From assembly GCF_017115045.1 (NCBI RefSeq), contig NZ_JABXKK010000105.1, positions 30,253-94,252 on the forward strand: a stretch of 64,000 nt of DNA. Reading direction: 5' to 3'. Numbering within the stretch: the stretch's first letter is position 1; each line of letters opens with the position of its first letter. Of this stretch, positions 47,884 to 57,722 are shown in pieces. The notes beneath the pieces were generated by a model. That model had not been told where the DNA came from, did not search any database, and was given only the letters and a program-made list of their open reading frames with translations. Source of the DNA: Nostoc sp. NMS8 (GTDB lineage Bacteria; Cyanobacteriota; Cyanobacteriia; Cyanobacteriales; Nostocaceae). Both the position numbers and the translations under genes were made by a program.

Positions 47884-47990
47884 CAGGGCAGGGGGAAGAA
47901 GCAAGGGAGCAGGGAGCAGGGCGCAAGGGAGGAGAGTTTTCCCTCTGCCCCCCGCACCCTGCCCCTCTGCCTCTTTCCCATGCCCAATCC
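47884..47990. repeat. MITE-like small dispersed repeat (G-rich and C-rich arms)
   Basis: cagggcagggggaagaagcaagggagcagggagcagggcgcaagggaggag opposes ccctctgccccccgcaccctgcccctctgcctc, followed by catgcccaatccc. Confidence 0.65.
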
Positions 47991-47999
47991 CCCACTCAC

Positions 48000-49214
48000 T
48001 TAACGCAATGATTCGATTTCTGGTGAGCCGTCAGCTTTGATCCAGGCAATTTGGGCTATGCTGCGATCGCCTGCATATTGGCGAATAGCATCAGCATCCC
48101 TTCCTCCTAAATCAATTTCTACCCGCACCAAATCAGTGGAATCTCTGAGTTTTTGCGCGTAGGCAAAAGCGGCCGCGTTAGCACTGGCTGTCTCTGGTGC
48201 TACTAACCAGTCACTCGCTGGAGTTACCTGTGGTAATTGCTGAGTAGATAATAAAATCTGGTATAAATCTTCGATATTCAGTCCAAAACCAATTCCGGGA
48301 ATGTTTTCTCCTTGAGGATGATATAGCCCCAAAAGCTGGTCATAGCGACCACCACGCCCTAAAACTCTGGCTTGGGATTCGGTATCGTTGACAACCTCAA
48401 AGACAATACCAGTGTAGTAATCGATGGTCTGGATCAGGCTGAGATCGAGGATTAACGGCAGTTTTTTCTCGGATTCTAGTAATTCTACTAGGGATTTGAG
48501 GTTATTCACTGCCTCTCGCTGTTCTTCATCAAGATCCAAACTACTGACTTTTTGCAACACATCTGTACTTGGCCCGCGTAAATCCAGGATGATTTGGGCG
48601 CGATCGCGTAGTTTGTCACTCAGAGGTAAATTATCTATGGCAATGCGATCGAGATGAGCGATCGCACTGCGAACTTGATGTTGGAGATTGTCAGGAAAGG
48701 CACTCAGGAGCGATCGCGTAATTCCCGCCTCACCTAAAATTAAATGCCATCCCTGCAAACCCAGTGCTTCTAAACAGTCTGCTACTAACAGCAGTACTTC
48801 GGCGTTTGCTAGCAACCCACCAGCACCTAGCAACTCTACCCCAGCTTGATAAAACTCTTGTTGGCGATTGTGTCTACTTTCCCAAGTGCGGCGAAACACA
48901 TTGGCATTGTAGTACAGCCGTTGTGGATAACGTAGACCTGCCATCCGAGTCACAACAGTACGAGCAATAGATGCTGTTAATTCTGGACGTAGCCCTAATT
49001 CATCATCTTCGCCATTTTGTTGTAGTTGAATCACCATCTGACGCTGAATTGCTTCCCCTGCCATTAGGGTATCCATTCGCTCTAAAGTCGAGGTGATAAT
49101 CCTGTGATATCCCCAACGGTGAAACACCTGTTGTAACCGCTCTTCAATCCAGCGTTTTTTCTCTACATCCAAGGGCAATAAATCCCTGGCTCCCGCTGCT
49201 GGTTGATACACCAT
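48000..49214 (-). CDS. hisZ: ATP phosphoribosyltransferase regulatory subunit (HisRS paralogue)
   Basis: MVYQPAAGARDLLPLDV..RWGYHRIITSTLERMDTL.., a class II HisRS-like core without an anticodon-binding domain. 404 aa. Confidence 0.8.
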   Translation of the reverse strand: MVYQPAAGARDLLPLDVEKKRWIEERLQQVFHRWGYHRIITSTLERMDTLMAGEAIQRQMVIQLQQNGEDDELGLRPELTASIARTVVTRMAGLRYPQRLYYNANVFRRTWESRHNRQQEFYQAGVELLGAGGLLANAEVLLLVADCLEALGLQGWHLILGEAGITRSLLSAFPDNLQHQVRSAIAHLDRIAIDNLPLSDKLRDRAQIILDLRGPSTDVLQKVSSLDLDEEQREAVNNLKSLVELLESEKKLPLILDLSLIQTIDYYTGIVFEVVNDTESQARVLGRGGRYDQLLGLYHPQGENIPGIGFGLNIEDLYQILLSTQQLPQVTPASDWLVAPETASANAAAFAYAQKLRDSTDLVRVEIDLGGRDADAIRQYAGDRSIAQIAWIKADGSPEIESLR

Positions 49215-50173
49215 TATTTTTTCTTCCCACCAAACAAACCACCGAACAAACCACCACTACCAGATTTATCTGGTTGCTTATCTCCATTATTGGGGGATGA
49301 AGTCACCTTATGATCGCTAATTTGTTGTCCTAAAGCCTTATCTATTTTAGGTTTCCATTGCAGAGCCGTTTCGTCACTGGGGTCTAGTTTTAAAGTATTG
49401 TCAAAGTGGATTTTTGCCATTTTTAGCTGATTTTGCTTCAAATACACCATTGCAATTAAGCTATGGCAGCGACTATTTTTAGGTTCTAGCTTTAGGGCCT
49501 CTTGCAACTCTACTTTGGCTTGGGCAAACTGGTTTTTCTCAATCAAAGATTGAGCGCGACGAACATACTGTTCTACAACCAAGTCTTCTTTTGGTGGCGC
49601 TGGTGCTGGTGCTGGTGCTGTATTTTTTGGTCTATTTGGCTGAGGTGTACCTGATTGGGCTTTGGGTTGAGTAGGTGGCGGCGCTGCGGATGATTTGCCT
49701 GCACTCCGCATTAAATACACTAAATTCAGCTCACTAGCTTGGGCAATGACTTGCAGTGCTTGTTCTAAAGAATCATATTGAGTTTGGGCTAGTTTTGCGA
49801 TCGCAGTTTTATAGAAATGATCGGTATTACCTGCTTCAACTAACTGTTTCGCCAAGTCAGTGTTGAGAGTTACCGAAGTAGACTCTTGTACTAGACGCTT
49901 GCCAATTTGCGACAAAATTAGAATATATTCAGTGCGAGTGCGATCGCCGACAAGTTTTTCGTAAGCTGGGTTAACCAGCTTTGATAACAATTCGTTACCT
50001 AGCTGTTTTTGAGCAGCCGTTTCAGTAAAACTACTGTCTGGATGCAAACGGCGGGCGACTTGGAGATAGCGTTTGCGAATCTCTTTGACATCCGCATCAA
50101 CTGGAACGCACAATACTGCGTGATGATCTATGAAATCATATTTAAATAGTCCGCGGTCTATTTTAAAAGACAT
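49214..50173 (-). CDS. J-domain protein with C-terminal TPR repeats
   Basis: DHHAVLCVPVDADVKEIRKRYLQVARRLHPD (HPD motif) and a Pro/Ala-rich linker. TPR-like AQAKVELQEALKLEPKN..AKIHFDNTLKLDP. The stop overlaps the hisZ start by 1 nt (TAATG). Confidence 0.75.
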   Translation of the reverse strand: MSFKIDRGLFKYDFIDHHAVLCVPVDADVKEIRKRYLQVARRLHPDSSFTETAAQKQLGNELLSKLVNPAYEKLVGDRTRTEYILILSQIGKRLVQESTSVTLNTDLAKQLVEAGNTDHFYKTAIAKLAQTQYDSLEQALQVIAQASELNLVYLMRSAGKSSAAPPPTQPKAQSGTPQPNRPKNTAPAPAPAPPKEDLVVEQYVRRAQSLIEKNQFAQAKVELQEALKLEPKNSRCHSLIAMVYLKQNQLKMAKIHFDNTLKLDPSDETALQWKPKIDKALGQQISDHKVTSSPNNGDKQPDKSGSGGLFGGLFGGKKK

Positions 50174-50247
50174 ATAGAGGTTTTACACCAAAGGAGCAGT
50201 TGGATTCCTCTTAGTTTACCCAAAGTCGGGGGTAAAGCCCCCACCTA

Positions 50248-51060
50248 CTACACCCAGGCTGACAGTGGTGGAACCTGTAAAAGTTCGCTACTGAGGGAGT
50301 CGTGAATATAACCATTTGTAGCCAGAATTCTACCTGACTCAATTTTTACAGGAGTACCATCGTAGGCGGTGACTTTGCCCCCACCTTCTTGTACCAAAAT
50401 TATTCCGGCGGCAATATCCCAAGGGGAAAGCCCCCGTTCCCAGTAACCATCCACACGTCCACAGGCAACATACGCCAAATCTAGCGATGCCGAACCGCTA
50501 CGTCTAACTCCTTGGGTAAGATGGGTGAGGTGACTAAATTCTGCGTAGTTGTTATCAGAGGTTTCACGGCGATCGTAGGCAAATCCCGTTACTAGTAGGC
50601 TTTTACCCAGTTCAGATGTTGCTGAAACCTTGATGGGCTGATGGTTACGCGTTGCTCCTAAGCCAGCAGCAGCACTGAATAGCTCATTATGAAAGGGGTC
50701 ATAAATGACACCAACTTGGGGAACGCCATTAATTAACAACCCGATGGAAACAGCAAAAAATGGATATTGATGAGCGTAGTTGGTTGTGCCATCTAGAGGA
50801 TCTATTGCCCAGAGGTATTCATTTTCTTGATTACCTAATTTTCCTGATTCTTCAGCGAGGATCGAGTGCTGAGGAAAGTGGCGACGCAAAATTTCTAAAA
50901 TCAACTCTTCCGAGGCTTTATCAGCAGCCGTGACTAAATCACCAGGGCGTCCTTTTTCAATAATTGCGTCTTCTAACTTACCCAAGTAACCTTGTAAAAT
51001 AGCACCAGCAGCTAAGGCTGCTTCTGTAGCAATATCTAGAAAAATTTGTAGATTTGTCAT
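50248..51060 (-). CDS. Inositol monophosphatase family protein
   Basis: WAIDPLDGTTNY and the WDIAAG motif. Confidence 0.85.
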   Translation of the reverse strand: MTNLQIFLDIATEAALAAGAILQGYLGKLEDAIIEKGRPGDLVTAADKASEELILEILRRHFPQHSILAEESGKLGNQENEYLWAIDPLDGTTNYAHQYPFFAVSIGLLINGVPQVGVIYDPFHNELFSAAAGLGATRNHQPIKVSATSELGKSLLVTGFAYDRRETSDNNYAEFSHLTHLTQGVRRSGSASLDLAYVACGRVDGYWERGLSPWDIAAGIILVQEGGGKVTAYDGTPVKIESGRILATNGYIHDSLSSELLQVPPLSAWV

Positions 51061-51117
51061 TTGTCATTTGTCATTGGGCATTGATTCATCTCTCCTAGTC
51101 CCCAGTCCCCAGCCCCC
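51054..51117. repeat. STRR arrays (TTTGTCA units, then CCCCAGT units) overlapping the IMPase start codon
   Basis: tttgtcatttgtcatttgtcattgggcattg ... agtccccagtccccagccccc. The ATGACAAAT start (MTN) lies inside a repeat unit. Confidence 0.8.
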
Positions 51118-51122
51118 ACTCC

Positions 51123-51644
51123 TCAAAGATTTTGGCGGCGGAACTCGGCGGGAGTGAGGCGCATGGGTTTTTCTGAGTTCCAGATTCCTTGGCTCATGAG
51201 TCTAGCCCATTGTTGGGCACGTTCTAAACGCTGGTCATATTTGTGGTTGGGCGATCGCCCCACAAACATTGCATTCCCTTGTTTGACTAGTTCTTCATTC
51301 AACAACACCTTATTTTTCCACACATAAGCTAGAGTTCGCCCGATTTTGTCTTTTGCTTCTAAATCAAACTCCAGCGTTACCGATTGTTCTACACCACCAA
51401 TTAGATTCTCTAACTGTTCTTTTGCTGCTTCCCCCCAAGGACGCTGTCGCAAATCTGGTGCATCAACACCCACTAACCGCACTTGGGAAATCAAATTTGG
51501 TTGTTCAGCCATGCCTAAAACTTCCAAACTTTGCCCACTAACTACCCGTGCTACTTTCACCTGGGCTTCATTGTTTGGCAGCTGGTTTTTGGCTTGGCAA
51601 CTCACCAAGAGCAATAAACAAGCCAAAATAGCTATTTTTCGCAT
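51123..51644 (-). CDS. Thermonuclease (SNase-like) family lipoprotein
   Basis: Start taken at MRKIAILACLLLLVSCQ (lipobox LVSC). SNase-like VRLVGVDAPD..GRTLAYVW. The upstream extension of the track ORF crosses an STRR. Confidence 0.7.
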   Translation of the reverse strand: MRKIAILACLLLLVSCQAKNQLPNNEAQVKVARVVSGQSLEVLGMAEQPNLISQVRLVGVDAPDLRQRPWGEAAKEQLENLIGGVEQSVTLEFDLEAKDKIGRTLAYVWKNKVLLNEELVKQGNAMFVGRSPNHKYDQRLERAQQWARLMSQGIWNSEKPMRLTPAEFRRQNL

Positions 51645-51766
51645 CCAGTCACCAAAATGTAAAGGCATCAGAAATTCGGTGATTTTGAATTGTTTATCGA
51701 GACAGAATTCTGAATTCTGACTCCTGTTAGCGGTAGCGGGGCGTTTAGCCCATTCTGAATTCTTCT

Positions 51767-52135
51767 TCATTCCTCATCTAAGGGTAAACCCGCTTTAATT
51801 TTCCCCCTAGCAAAATAGCGTCCAAACTGGAGTTCGTAGACTTCATCTTCGTCTTGTGTCTCCACTTCCAAGTCAGAACGGGGATAACTCACACACAACA
51901 AGGCATAACCTTGGCGACGTAAATCTGGCGACAAGCCGATCGCCTCTGGTTGATAAATTTCTCCTGACAACACTCTCACAGCACAAGCGGTGCAAGCCCC
52001 GTTGCGACAGGAAAACGGTAGTTCTACCCCTTGTTTTTCGCCAGTGTGCAGGATGTAGCGGTCTTCTGGCACTTCTAGGGTGTATGTTTTGTCAGTGGCG
52101 CGATCGCGAACTTTAATTGTGTATGTACGGGACAT
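51767..52135 (-). CDS. Plant-type 2Fe-2S ferredoxin with a C-terminal extension (FdC2/Fed2-like)
   Basis: SCRNGACTACAVRV...LLCVSYP cysteine pattern. 122 aa. Confidence 0.85.
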   Translation of the reverse strand: MSRTYTIKVRDRATDKTYTLEVPEDRYILHTGEKQGVELPFSCRNGACTACAVRVLSGEIYQPEAIGLSPDLRRQGYALLCVSYPRSDLEVETQDEDEVYELQFGRYFARGKIKAGLPLDEE

Positions 52136-52241
52136 CTGGATTTGCGTTTTGGGATTAGGACTATCAGATTCAATTTAGAATATCTTTCTTTATCTTTGCA
52201 TTTTCTAGGATTCTATAGTATGATCGTAACTTGTGGCACCT

Positions 52242-52328
52242 GGAGAGGTGGCCGAGTGGTTTAAGGCGCAGACCTGGAAAGTCTGTGAAGCGGAAACGTT
52301 TCCGAGAGTTCGAATCTCTCCCTCTCCG
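52242..52328 (+). tRNA. trnS: tRNA-Ser (anticodon GGA), class II with a long variable arm; CCA not encoded
   Basis: Acceptor GGAGAGG/CCTCTCC plus discriminator G. D-arm GCCGAGTGGTTTAAGGC. Anticodon stem CAGAC/GTCTG with loop CTGGAAA. Variable arm TGAAGCGGAAACGTTTCC. T-arm GAGAG TTCGAAT CTCTC. Confidence 0.95.
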
Positions 52329-52494
52329 TTTTCAGACCTAATTCTAAATATATAGTTTGAACCATAGTTCTACAAATAGTCAGGTTTAGTAAAAAGCATA
52401 TCTGAAACTTAGACTAAACATTGCCTAAATTGAATCTTTTTAGGCGATATTAAATTGCTTTGTAACGGAATAATCAGGGTTGTGGCTTATCCAC

Positions 52495-52530
52495 AAAATA
52501 CTGCTTAATTTCTCTTTTAAGCAGTATTTT
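52495..52530. terminator. Bidirectional intrinsic terminator (serves the alpha-amylase gene on the minus strand and possibly tRNA-Ser on the plus strand)
   Basis: aaaatactgcttaa, loop tttctctt, then ttaagcagtatttt. Perfect 14-bp arms that include an A-tract and a T-tract. Confidence 0.6.
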
Positions 52531-52573
52531 GTCAAGTGCGTAACTTTCTTCGTGAATGCTACTAAAAGCTCGA

Positions 52574-54052
52574 CTAAGACTGTGGAACCCACACAGAAAC
52601 AGAACCAGCATCGCATCGAAAATCAGCCCAGCCCTCATCATTGGTTGTGACAGGTTCGCTGATATGTTCAGTAATGTCAATGTAAGTGCTGTTGGGTTGC
52701 CCAACTTCCATCCACTTAGTCCCTTCTCCTCCATTACTCAGAACAACCGCGATACCGCCAGGGTGTTCTTCATCTCCTAAGCGTGTCCAGGCGATTGTAT
52801 TGGCGTGATCGAAGTAATCGTATTGGTCGCCATAGGCATAGGTTTGACGAACGTGCAAAAATTTATCAATTATCCATTTATGACTATCTAGCCAAATTTC
52901 ATACTCATTGCCATCTGGGGCTTTATCCTTGTAATTAGCACCATAGTAATCTGCATAAAAGATACAGGGATAACCATCACTTCGCAGTAGAATCAACGCA
53001 TAAGCCAACGGTTTAAACCAGCTTTCTACTACAGACTCCAACGACTGCAAGGGTTGAGAATCATGATTCTCTACTAAGGTGACGGCTAAAGCAGGTTGCT
53101 GTTGCACCAAGGTGTTATCAAATATCTGCCGCATGTCGTACTCATTGCCTTGTTTGCTGGCAGCGCTAAAGTTATAATGCAATGGCGCATCAAACAGCAA
53201 CACATCGCCACCAGTGACGTCAATGAAATGGTGCAGCGCTTCAACTTCATAAGACCAATACTCACCGACGGCAAAAAGATCGCGACCTGCTTTTTGGCGA
53301 CAGTGTTGCAGCCATTCTGGGAAAAAGCCGGCTCTGACGTGTTTAACGGCATCAAAACGAAAGCCATCTATATCAGTGGTTTCTACAAACCACTCACCCC
53401 AGCGATTCAACTCGTCGCGAACTTCTGAACTTTCCATATCCAGATCGCATCCCATGAGATAGTCAAAAGCGCCTTTTTCTAGGTCAACCTGTTCGTCAAA
53501 TTGTTTATCTTTAAACAGGTAAACTGCATTCTCTCCTTCGTTGTAAACATTGTAATCAACCGCATCGAAGTGCCACCAGTGCCATTCCATATCGGAGTAT
53601 TTGCCCTTCCGACCTGGGAAGGTAAAGTGAGTCCACACTTTTATTGTTTGCATCTCACCGATTGGCTCGTGCCGATTGTCTGGATTGTAAGGAGTTGCTT
53701 CTACCTCTTCTTCTAAGTCTGCACCTAACTTGTGGTTGAGGACAACATCAGCATAGACTCGAATGCCAGCAGCTTTTGCCGCTTTGATAGCAGCGATATA
53801 CTCGTCTTTTGTGCCGTACTTTGTCCGAACCGAGTCTTTCTGGTCAAACTCACCTAGATCGTACATATCATAGACTCCGTAGCCGACATCGTAGCCACCC
53901 CCTGTTCCTTTGTAAGCTGGGGGTAACCAAACAGATGTAACACCTGCATCAGCTAACTCTTTGACTTTATCTTTAAACTCATTCCAAAGATTGCCATCTG
54001 GAGGGATATACCAATGGAAGTACTGCATCATTACACCATTCAGCTGAGCCAT
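52574..54052 (-). CDS. Cytoplasmic GH13 alpha-amylase
   Basis: Start taken at MAQLNGVMMQYFHWY (no signal peptide). GH13 regions DVVLNH, GFRFDAVKH, FAVGEYW and LVENHD. Confidence 0.9.
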   Translation of the reverse strand: MAQLNGVMMQYFHWYIPPDGNLWNEFKDKVKELADAGVTSVWLPPAYKGTGGGYDVGYGVYDMYDLGEFDQKDSVRTKYGTKDEYIAAIKAAKAAGIRVYADVVLNHKLGADLEEEVEATPYNPDNRHEPIGEMQTIKVWTHFTFPGRKGKYSDMEWHWWHFDAVDYNVYNEGENAVYLFKDKQFDEQVDLEKGAFDYLMGCDLDMESSEVRDELNRWGEWFVETTDIDGFRFDAVKHVRAGFFPEWLQHCRQKAGRDLFAVGEYWSYEVEALHHFIDVTGGDVLLFDAPLHYNFSAASKQGNEYDMRQIFDNTLVQQQPALAVTLVENHDSQPLQSLESVVESWFKPLAYALILLRSDGYPCIFYADYYGANYKDKAPDGNEYEIWLDSHKWIIDKFLHVRQTYAYGDQYDYFDHANTIAWTRLGDEEHPGGIAVVLSNGGEGTKWMEVGQPNSTYIDITEHISEPVTTNDEGWADFRCDAGSVSVWVPQS

Positions 54053-54165
54053 ATCTATCCCTCTGGTTAAATATACGATAAATTGTGATTTCCGACACAA
54101 AGACTGTACATTAAGTTTTATTTTTTGTCTTTCAATAGAAACAAAAATCTACTAAAAAACTGCGC

Positions 54166-54792
54166 TCAACTCATATTGTTTTCTTCTGTGGGTGACAGTT
54201 CTTCAGCCAGGTTTTTCTGGAGTGCTTCCAATACTGCGATCGGGTCAGCCGGTTCCTGCATCGATTTCGCTTCCGAATCATGCCGATTTATTACATCAGG
54301 CAAATCGGTACGGAGTTCTTCTAATAGAGCAATAATCTTGGCAATTTTTTGCTCGGACAACAGGTTAAGCTGTAGCGTCAATTGCGCCCGTTGTTCGGCA
54401 AAGTTTTCTTGGCGAGTTTGTCGTACCAGTACTCCGGTTGAAATCACCAATGACGCTGCGTCTAAGCCTTGACCTGACCAGCTAAACGAGGGGAGATTGA
54501 ATGGCAAAAAGCGATCGAAAAAACTGCTAAAAATCCAGATAGCCAGTATGACTAGCAAACTATACATAAATATCGATCGCCCAAAGAATGTAGCGATCGC
54601 TTCTAGTATCCGCTGGTGGACGGGAATATCTCGAACTTCCTGGGTATGAAGTGAAATAATCGCTTCAATATTTTTTGCAATCGGGTCTGGTAATGGAGCC
54701 GTGATCACTTGATTTCGAGAAGCTTTCTCTTTGATTTTTTTAGTACCTGAACTGAAGTGTCTGTTCGCTGTACTATCTGCGTTATCGGTCAT
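54166..54792 (-). CDS. DUF1003-like membrane protein
   Basis: Two TM segments followed by a ..VLVRQTRQENFAEQRAQLTLQLNLLSEQKI.. coiled region. Family call is from memory. Confidence 0.5.
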   Translation of the reverse strand: MTDNADSTANRHFSSGTKKIKEKASRNQVITAPLPDPIAKNIEAIISLHTQEVRDIPVHQRILEAIATFFGRSIFMYSLLVILAIWIFSSFFDRFLPFNLPSFSWSGQGLDAASLVISTGVLVRQTRQENFAEQRAQLTLQLNLLSEQKIAKIIALLEELRTDLPDVINRHDSEAKSMQEPADPIAVLEALQKNLAEELSPTEENNMS

Positions 54793-54948
54793 GCACCAAC
54801 TCCTGAATCTGGATGTTATCGATTATTGCTTATCTTCCACCAACGATCACGTTTTACCCCACCGTAGGCAATCGCATCCCAATACTGCTCGATTATTTAG
54901 ATTTAGAACTAGAAAAATTAAATATGATTTCCAAATAAATCGATTTTA

Positions 54949-54970
54949 GGGGCATACAGATGTATGCCCC
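54949..54970. terminator. Hairpin downstream of the GH57 gene (candidate terminator)
   Basis: ggggcata, loop cagatg, then tatgcccc. The flanking T-tracts are weak. Confidence 0.35.
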
Positions 54971-55005
54971 TAATAGGTATTTCGTAAAACCAACAGTATT
55001 GAGTT

Positions 55006-57240
55006 CTAAGGCACCTCAATGTGAATCAAAGCATTTTCTGGCAAGTAGTTGGAAAAACGCCCTTCATCAGCAAGTACCAAAATCAGGCGCAGAGGATAAT
55101 CTGGCGGCACTTGCAAATCTGCCCACGGCACCGCCAACTCTAAACAATTATTTAAAGCTACTTGAGCGCGACTGAAACGGGGATGCCATTGATAATTGTC
55201 TCCAGCTTCCCGAAACTGAATCGATTGCGTCAGCAAGTTAACTTCTAAAAGATGGTGGAAAAGGTAATTTAGTGGGGCTGCATCTGGTAAATCTGCCAAG
55301 GGGACTGGGCTATTGACCATTGCTTTTTCTGGATAGAACCACAGTAAATTCAACTCTGCTGGCAAATCTTGTCCTGGTGCAGCGCCACTTTTAAAGTCCA
55401 GTCGCAAATAGAAATTTAAGTGATCGACTCCATACCAAAGTCGCTGGATGACGCTGCTATTGTGCATTGTCCCCCGCGCGCCGCCGATTTCTATACGCCC
55501 AGCTTTATCCCAATCTTGCTCATCACCCTTACCATCAATGACGGGATGAATAAATCCTTGTGGGATCTGGCTTCCCTGTGCTTCGTGGTTTTCCACTGGT
55601 TGCTTGAGATAGGGCGGTACAGCTTCATTTAATGCCTTGTAAATGCCAAACAGATGTTCTCGAAACAACTGGTCAAAGATGGCATCTTGATTTGAGGAGT
55701 GTCCTGCACCAAACCACCAAAACCAGTCTGAACCCTCGGCGGCATACAAAGCCTCCCATGCTTCGGGGTTGTTTTCTTCTGTCGCTTCGGGATGACTTGC
55801 AAGCATTTTTCTTGCTTCTGTCAAATAATCCCAAGCACGATTTTTGGCAGGATCGCCGATCCAAGTGGTGAAGCTGCCATCTACCCAAGAACCACTATGT
55901 AGCTGTCCTCCGGGGATAGTGGCTGTGGCTGGAAATTCTTCCAGAAATTCGGAGACAGTGACGAGTTTGAGGCGGGGTTCATCGCTCAAACTTTGATACA
56001 AAGCTTCTAGGAAGGGTTTGCCATCTTGGGGATAAAATTCCCAGCAATTCTCCCCATCTAAGGCGATGGTAACTAGCCAAGGTTGTTCACTTTGACTATC
56101 TCTTTGCATTTTAGCGATCGCTTGCAAATGTCCTACTAAATCCGCTGCTGCCTGTTTTGCTGGCATTGCACTATAAGTAAAGCCAATCAAGTCTGATAAT
56201 CTGTGGTCACGAAACACAATTGACAAGTCACCCTCGGCGGTTTGTAGGCGATAGGGTCGGTACAATAGTTCAGGTTGCTCCACATTCCCCGCCCCATCCC
56301 GACGAAAAAAGTGTTTCAGCGTCCACCCTAAGACGGCTTCATCTGAGCATATCCACTTAAAGCCTTGGTTAATAATATGTGGAAGTACCGCCGGACTTAC
56401 TGATTGTTCCGAAGGCCACAAACCACGAGGTATCTGTCCAAAGCGGTCTTGATAAAAGTCCCAAGCTTTCCGCAAGTGGCGGGGAATATCTTCTGCCCAC
56501 TCAAAGCGTTGCTTAGGTAGCGTCATATTGGGCACGGCTACTCGCCCAGAGTTAGTATCAGCTAGTAAGGGTAAAATCGGATGGGTGTAAGGCGTGGTGG
56601 TGACTTCTAGCTGCCCCGCCTCCTGCATTTTCCGATGTTGGGGGATAATCCGGCTGAGAATTTCTCGTTGTTTGGAATAAATGCGCTGGCGATCGCTTAA
56701 AGTAAAATTCCGACCCTGTTTTAACCAAGCAGCAATTTCCGGGTCATCCCAAAACAACGGATCGATCCAAGCCAAATTGTGCCAAGCTAGCAAATCACCA
56801 TAATCTGGCAATTCCCAATTTGCTAAACACCAAGCTTGCCCTTTTTCCTGCCTTTGCTGGTACAACTCGGCATAGCGGGCATGAGGGTCAATCAGGGTAT
56901 GGTGATTGGCATCAAAAAAGTGTTGGATGATGAATTCCCTCTGTTGCTGGGTGAGTTGTTCATCTGGTGTCAAACTGGCTGTCAGGTAAGGGTCAAAAGC
57001 AGTGCCAGCAATATAATCTTCTAGTTGCAATATCAGCGATGGAACTAAATTCACCGTTTGGTGTAACTTAGGATACCGCTCTAAAAGCAATACCAAATCT
57101 AAATAATCTTTAGTTCCATGTAAACGTACCCAAGGTAGACGGTAGTGCTGACTTGGAGATAGCGAAACGCCGCTGCCAGGGGATTTGTACAGCGGCTGAT
57201 GTTGATGCCAGATAAAAGCAATGTAGAGAGGATGGGACAT
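55006..57240 (-). CDS. Glycoside hydrolase family 57 protein (alpha-glucan-active)
   Basis: N-terminal YIAFIWHQHQPLY signature and a large catalytic (beta/alpha)7-type region. 744 aa. Confidence 0.8.
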   Translation of the reverse strand: MSHPLYIAFIWHQHQPLYKSPGSGVSLSPSQHYRLPWVRLHGTKDYLDLVLLLERYPKLHQTVNLVPSLILQLEDYIAGTAFDPYLTASLTPDEQLTQQQREFIIQHFFDANHHTLIDPHARYAELYQQRQEKGQAWCLANWELPDYGDLLAWHNLAWIDPLFWDDPEIAAWLKQGRNFTLSDRQRIYSKQREILSRIIPQHRKMQEAGQLEVTTTPYTHPILPLLADTNSGRVAVPNMTLPKQRFEWAEDIPRHLRKAWDFYQDRFGQIPRGLWPSEQSVSPAVLPHIINQGFKWICSDEAVLGWTLKHFFRRDGAGNVEQPELLYRPYRLQTAEGDLSIVFRDHRLSDLIGFTYSAMPAKQAAADLVGHLQAIAKMQRDSQSEQPWLVTIALDGENCWEFYPQDGKPFLEALYQSLSDEPRLKLVTVSEFLEEFPATATIPGGQLHSGSWVDGSFTTWIGDPAKNRAWDYLTEARKMLASHPEATEENNPEAWEALYAAEGSDWFWWFGAGHSSNQDAIFDQLFREHLFGIYKALNEAVPPYLKQPVENHEAQGSQIPQGFIHPVIDGKGDEQDWDKAGRIEIGGARGTMHNSSVIQRLWYGVDHLNFYLRLDFKSGAAPGQDLPAELNLLWFYPEKAMVNSPVPLADLPDAAPLNYLFHHLLEVNLLTQSIQFREAGDNYQWHPRFSRAQVALNNCLELAVPWADLQVPPDYPLRLILVLADEGRFSNYLPENALIHIEVP

Positions 57241-57256
57241 AGCAAGTAATTAGGAG

Positions 57257-57360
57257 TTAGGGATTGGGGATTACAAATTAGGGATTAGGTATTAATGATA
57301 AATTATGAATGAAAAAATCCATTCTTCCCCAGTCCCCAATCCCCATTACCCCTTATCCCC
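57257..57360. repeat. Opposed STRR arrays (GGGGATT units versus AATCCCC units)
   Basis: ttagggattggggattacaaattagggattagg ... ccccagtccccaatccccattaccccttatcccc. Confidence 0.75.
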
Positions 57361-57386
57361 AGAGGGGGCCCCACCTTCCCCAATCC

Positions 57387-57617
57387 CTAGACTACTTGCT
57401 CAATTTCTGCAATTTCGGGAATCATTTCCTTAAGACGGCGTTCAATACCCATTCTTAGGGTCATTGCAGAACTGGGACAAGAACCACAAGCACCTTGCAG
57501 CCGCAGTTTTACAACAGGCCCATCAAGTTCTACGAGTTCCACATTGCCGCCATCAGACATAAGATAAGGGCGCATTTCATCTAAAACTGTTTCAACGTTG
57601 TCAATTGTGAGTTCCAT
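57387..57617 (-). CDS. NifU C-terminal-domain (Nfu-type) Fe-S scaffold protein
   Basis: [22 protein letters not shown].. and the CGSCPSS CxxC motif. 76 aa. Confidence 0.9.
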   Translation of the reverse strand: MELTIDNVETVLDEMRPYLMSDGGNVELVELDGPVVKLRLQGACGSCPSSAMTLRMGIERRLKEMIPEIAEIEQVV

Positions 57618-57654
57618 AGTTTAGACCTGCTAAGTTAGGGATGGGCATTGGGGA

Positions 57655-57722
57655 GGCAGTGCGGTCTTCTCCCAAGGGGAGACGCCAAGGGCGATGGGGT
57701 CTCCCCAAGTGGAGCAACTGCC
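57655..57722. repeat. MITE-like small dispersed repeat
   Basis: Ends ggcagt and actgcc. Internal tctcccaaggggaga and ggggtctccccaag hairpins. Confidence 0.55.

Noticed and set aside
47837-47995. 53-codon N-terminal extension of the ferredoxin ORF (track ORF 47609..47995)
   Set aside because: The extension (MGDWAWERGRGAGCGGQRENSPPLRPAPC..) is a read-through of the MITE-like repeat at 47884-47990. The ferredoxin fold begins at MPHTIV (ATG 47836).
51645-51770. Long start of the thermonuclease ORF, overlapping the upstream ferredoxin gene by 4 nt
   Set aside because: The extra 42 residues cross an STRR-like cagaattctgaattctgactcc tract and precede a perfect lipoprotein signal (MRKIAILACLLLLVSC). 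The shorter start is more plausible.
54053-54100. 16-codon extension of the alpha-amylase ORF (MCRKSQFIVYLTRGID)
   Set aside because: GH13 cytoplasmic amylases of this type start at M-x-x-NG(V/T)MMQYF. The extension has no signal-peptide character.
52242-57240. tRNA-Ser as the attachment site of a genomic island
   Set aside because: There is no integrase or recombinase, I saw no direct repeat of the tRNA 3' end downstream, and the neighbouring genes are ordinary carbohydrate-metabolism genes carrying HIP1 sites.
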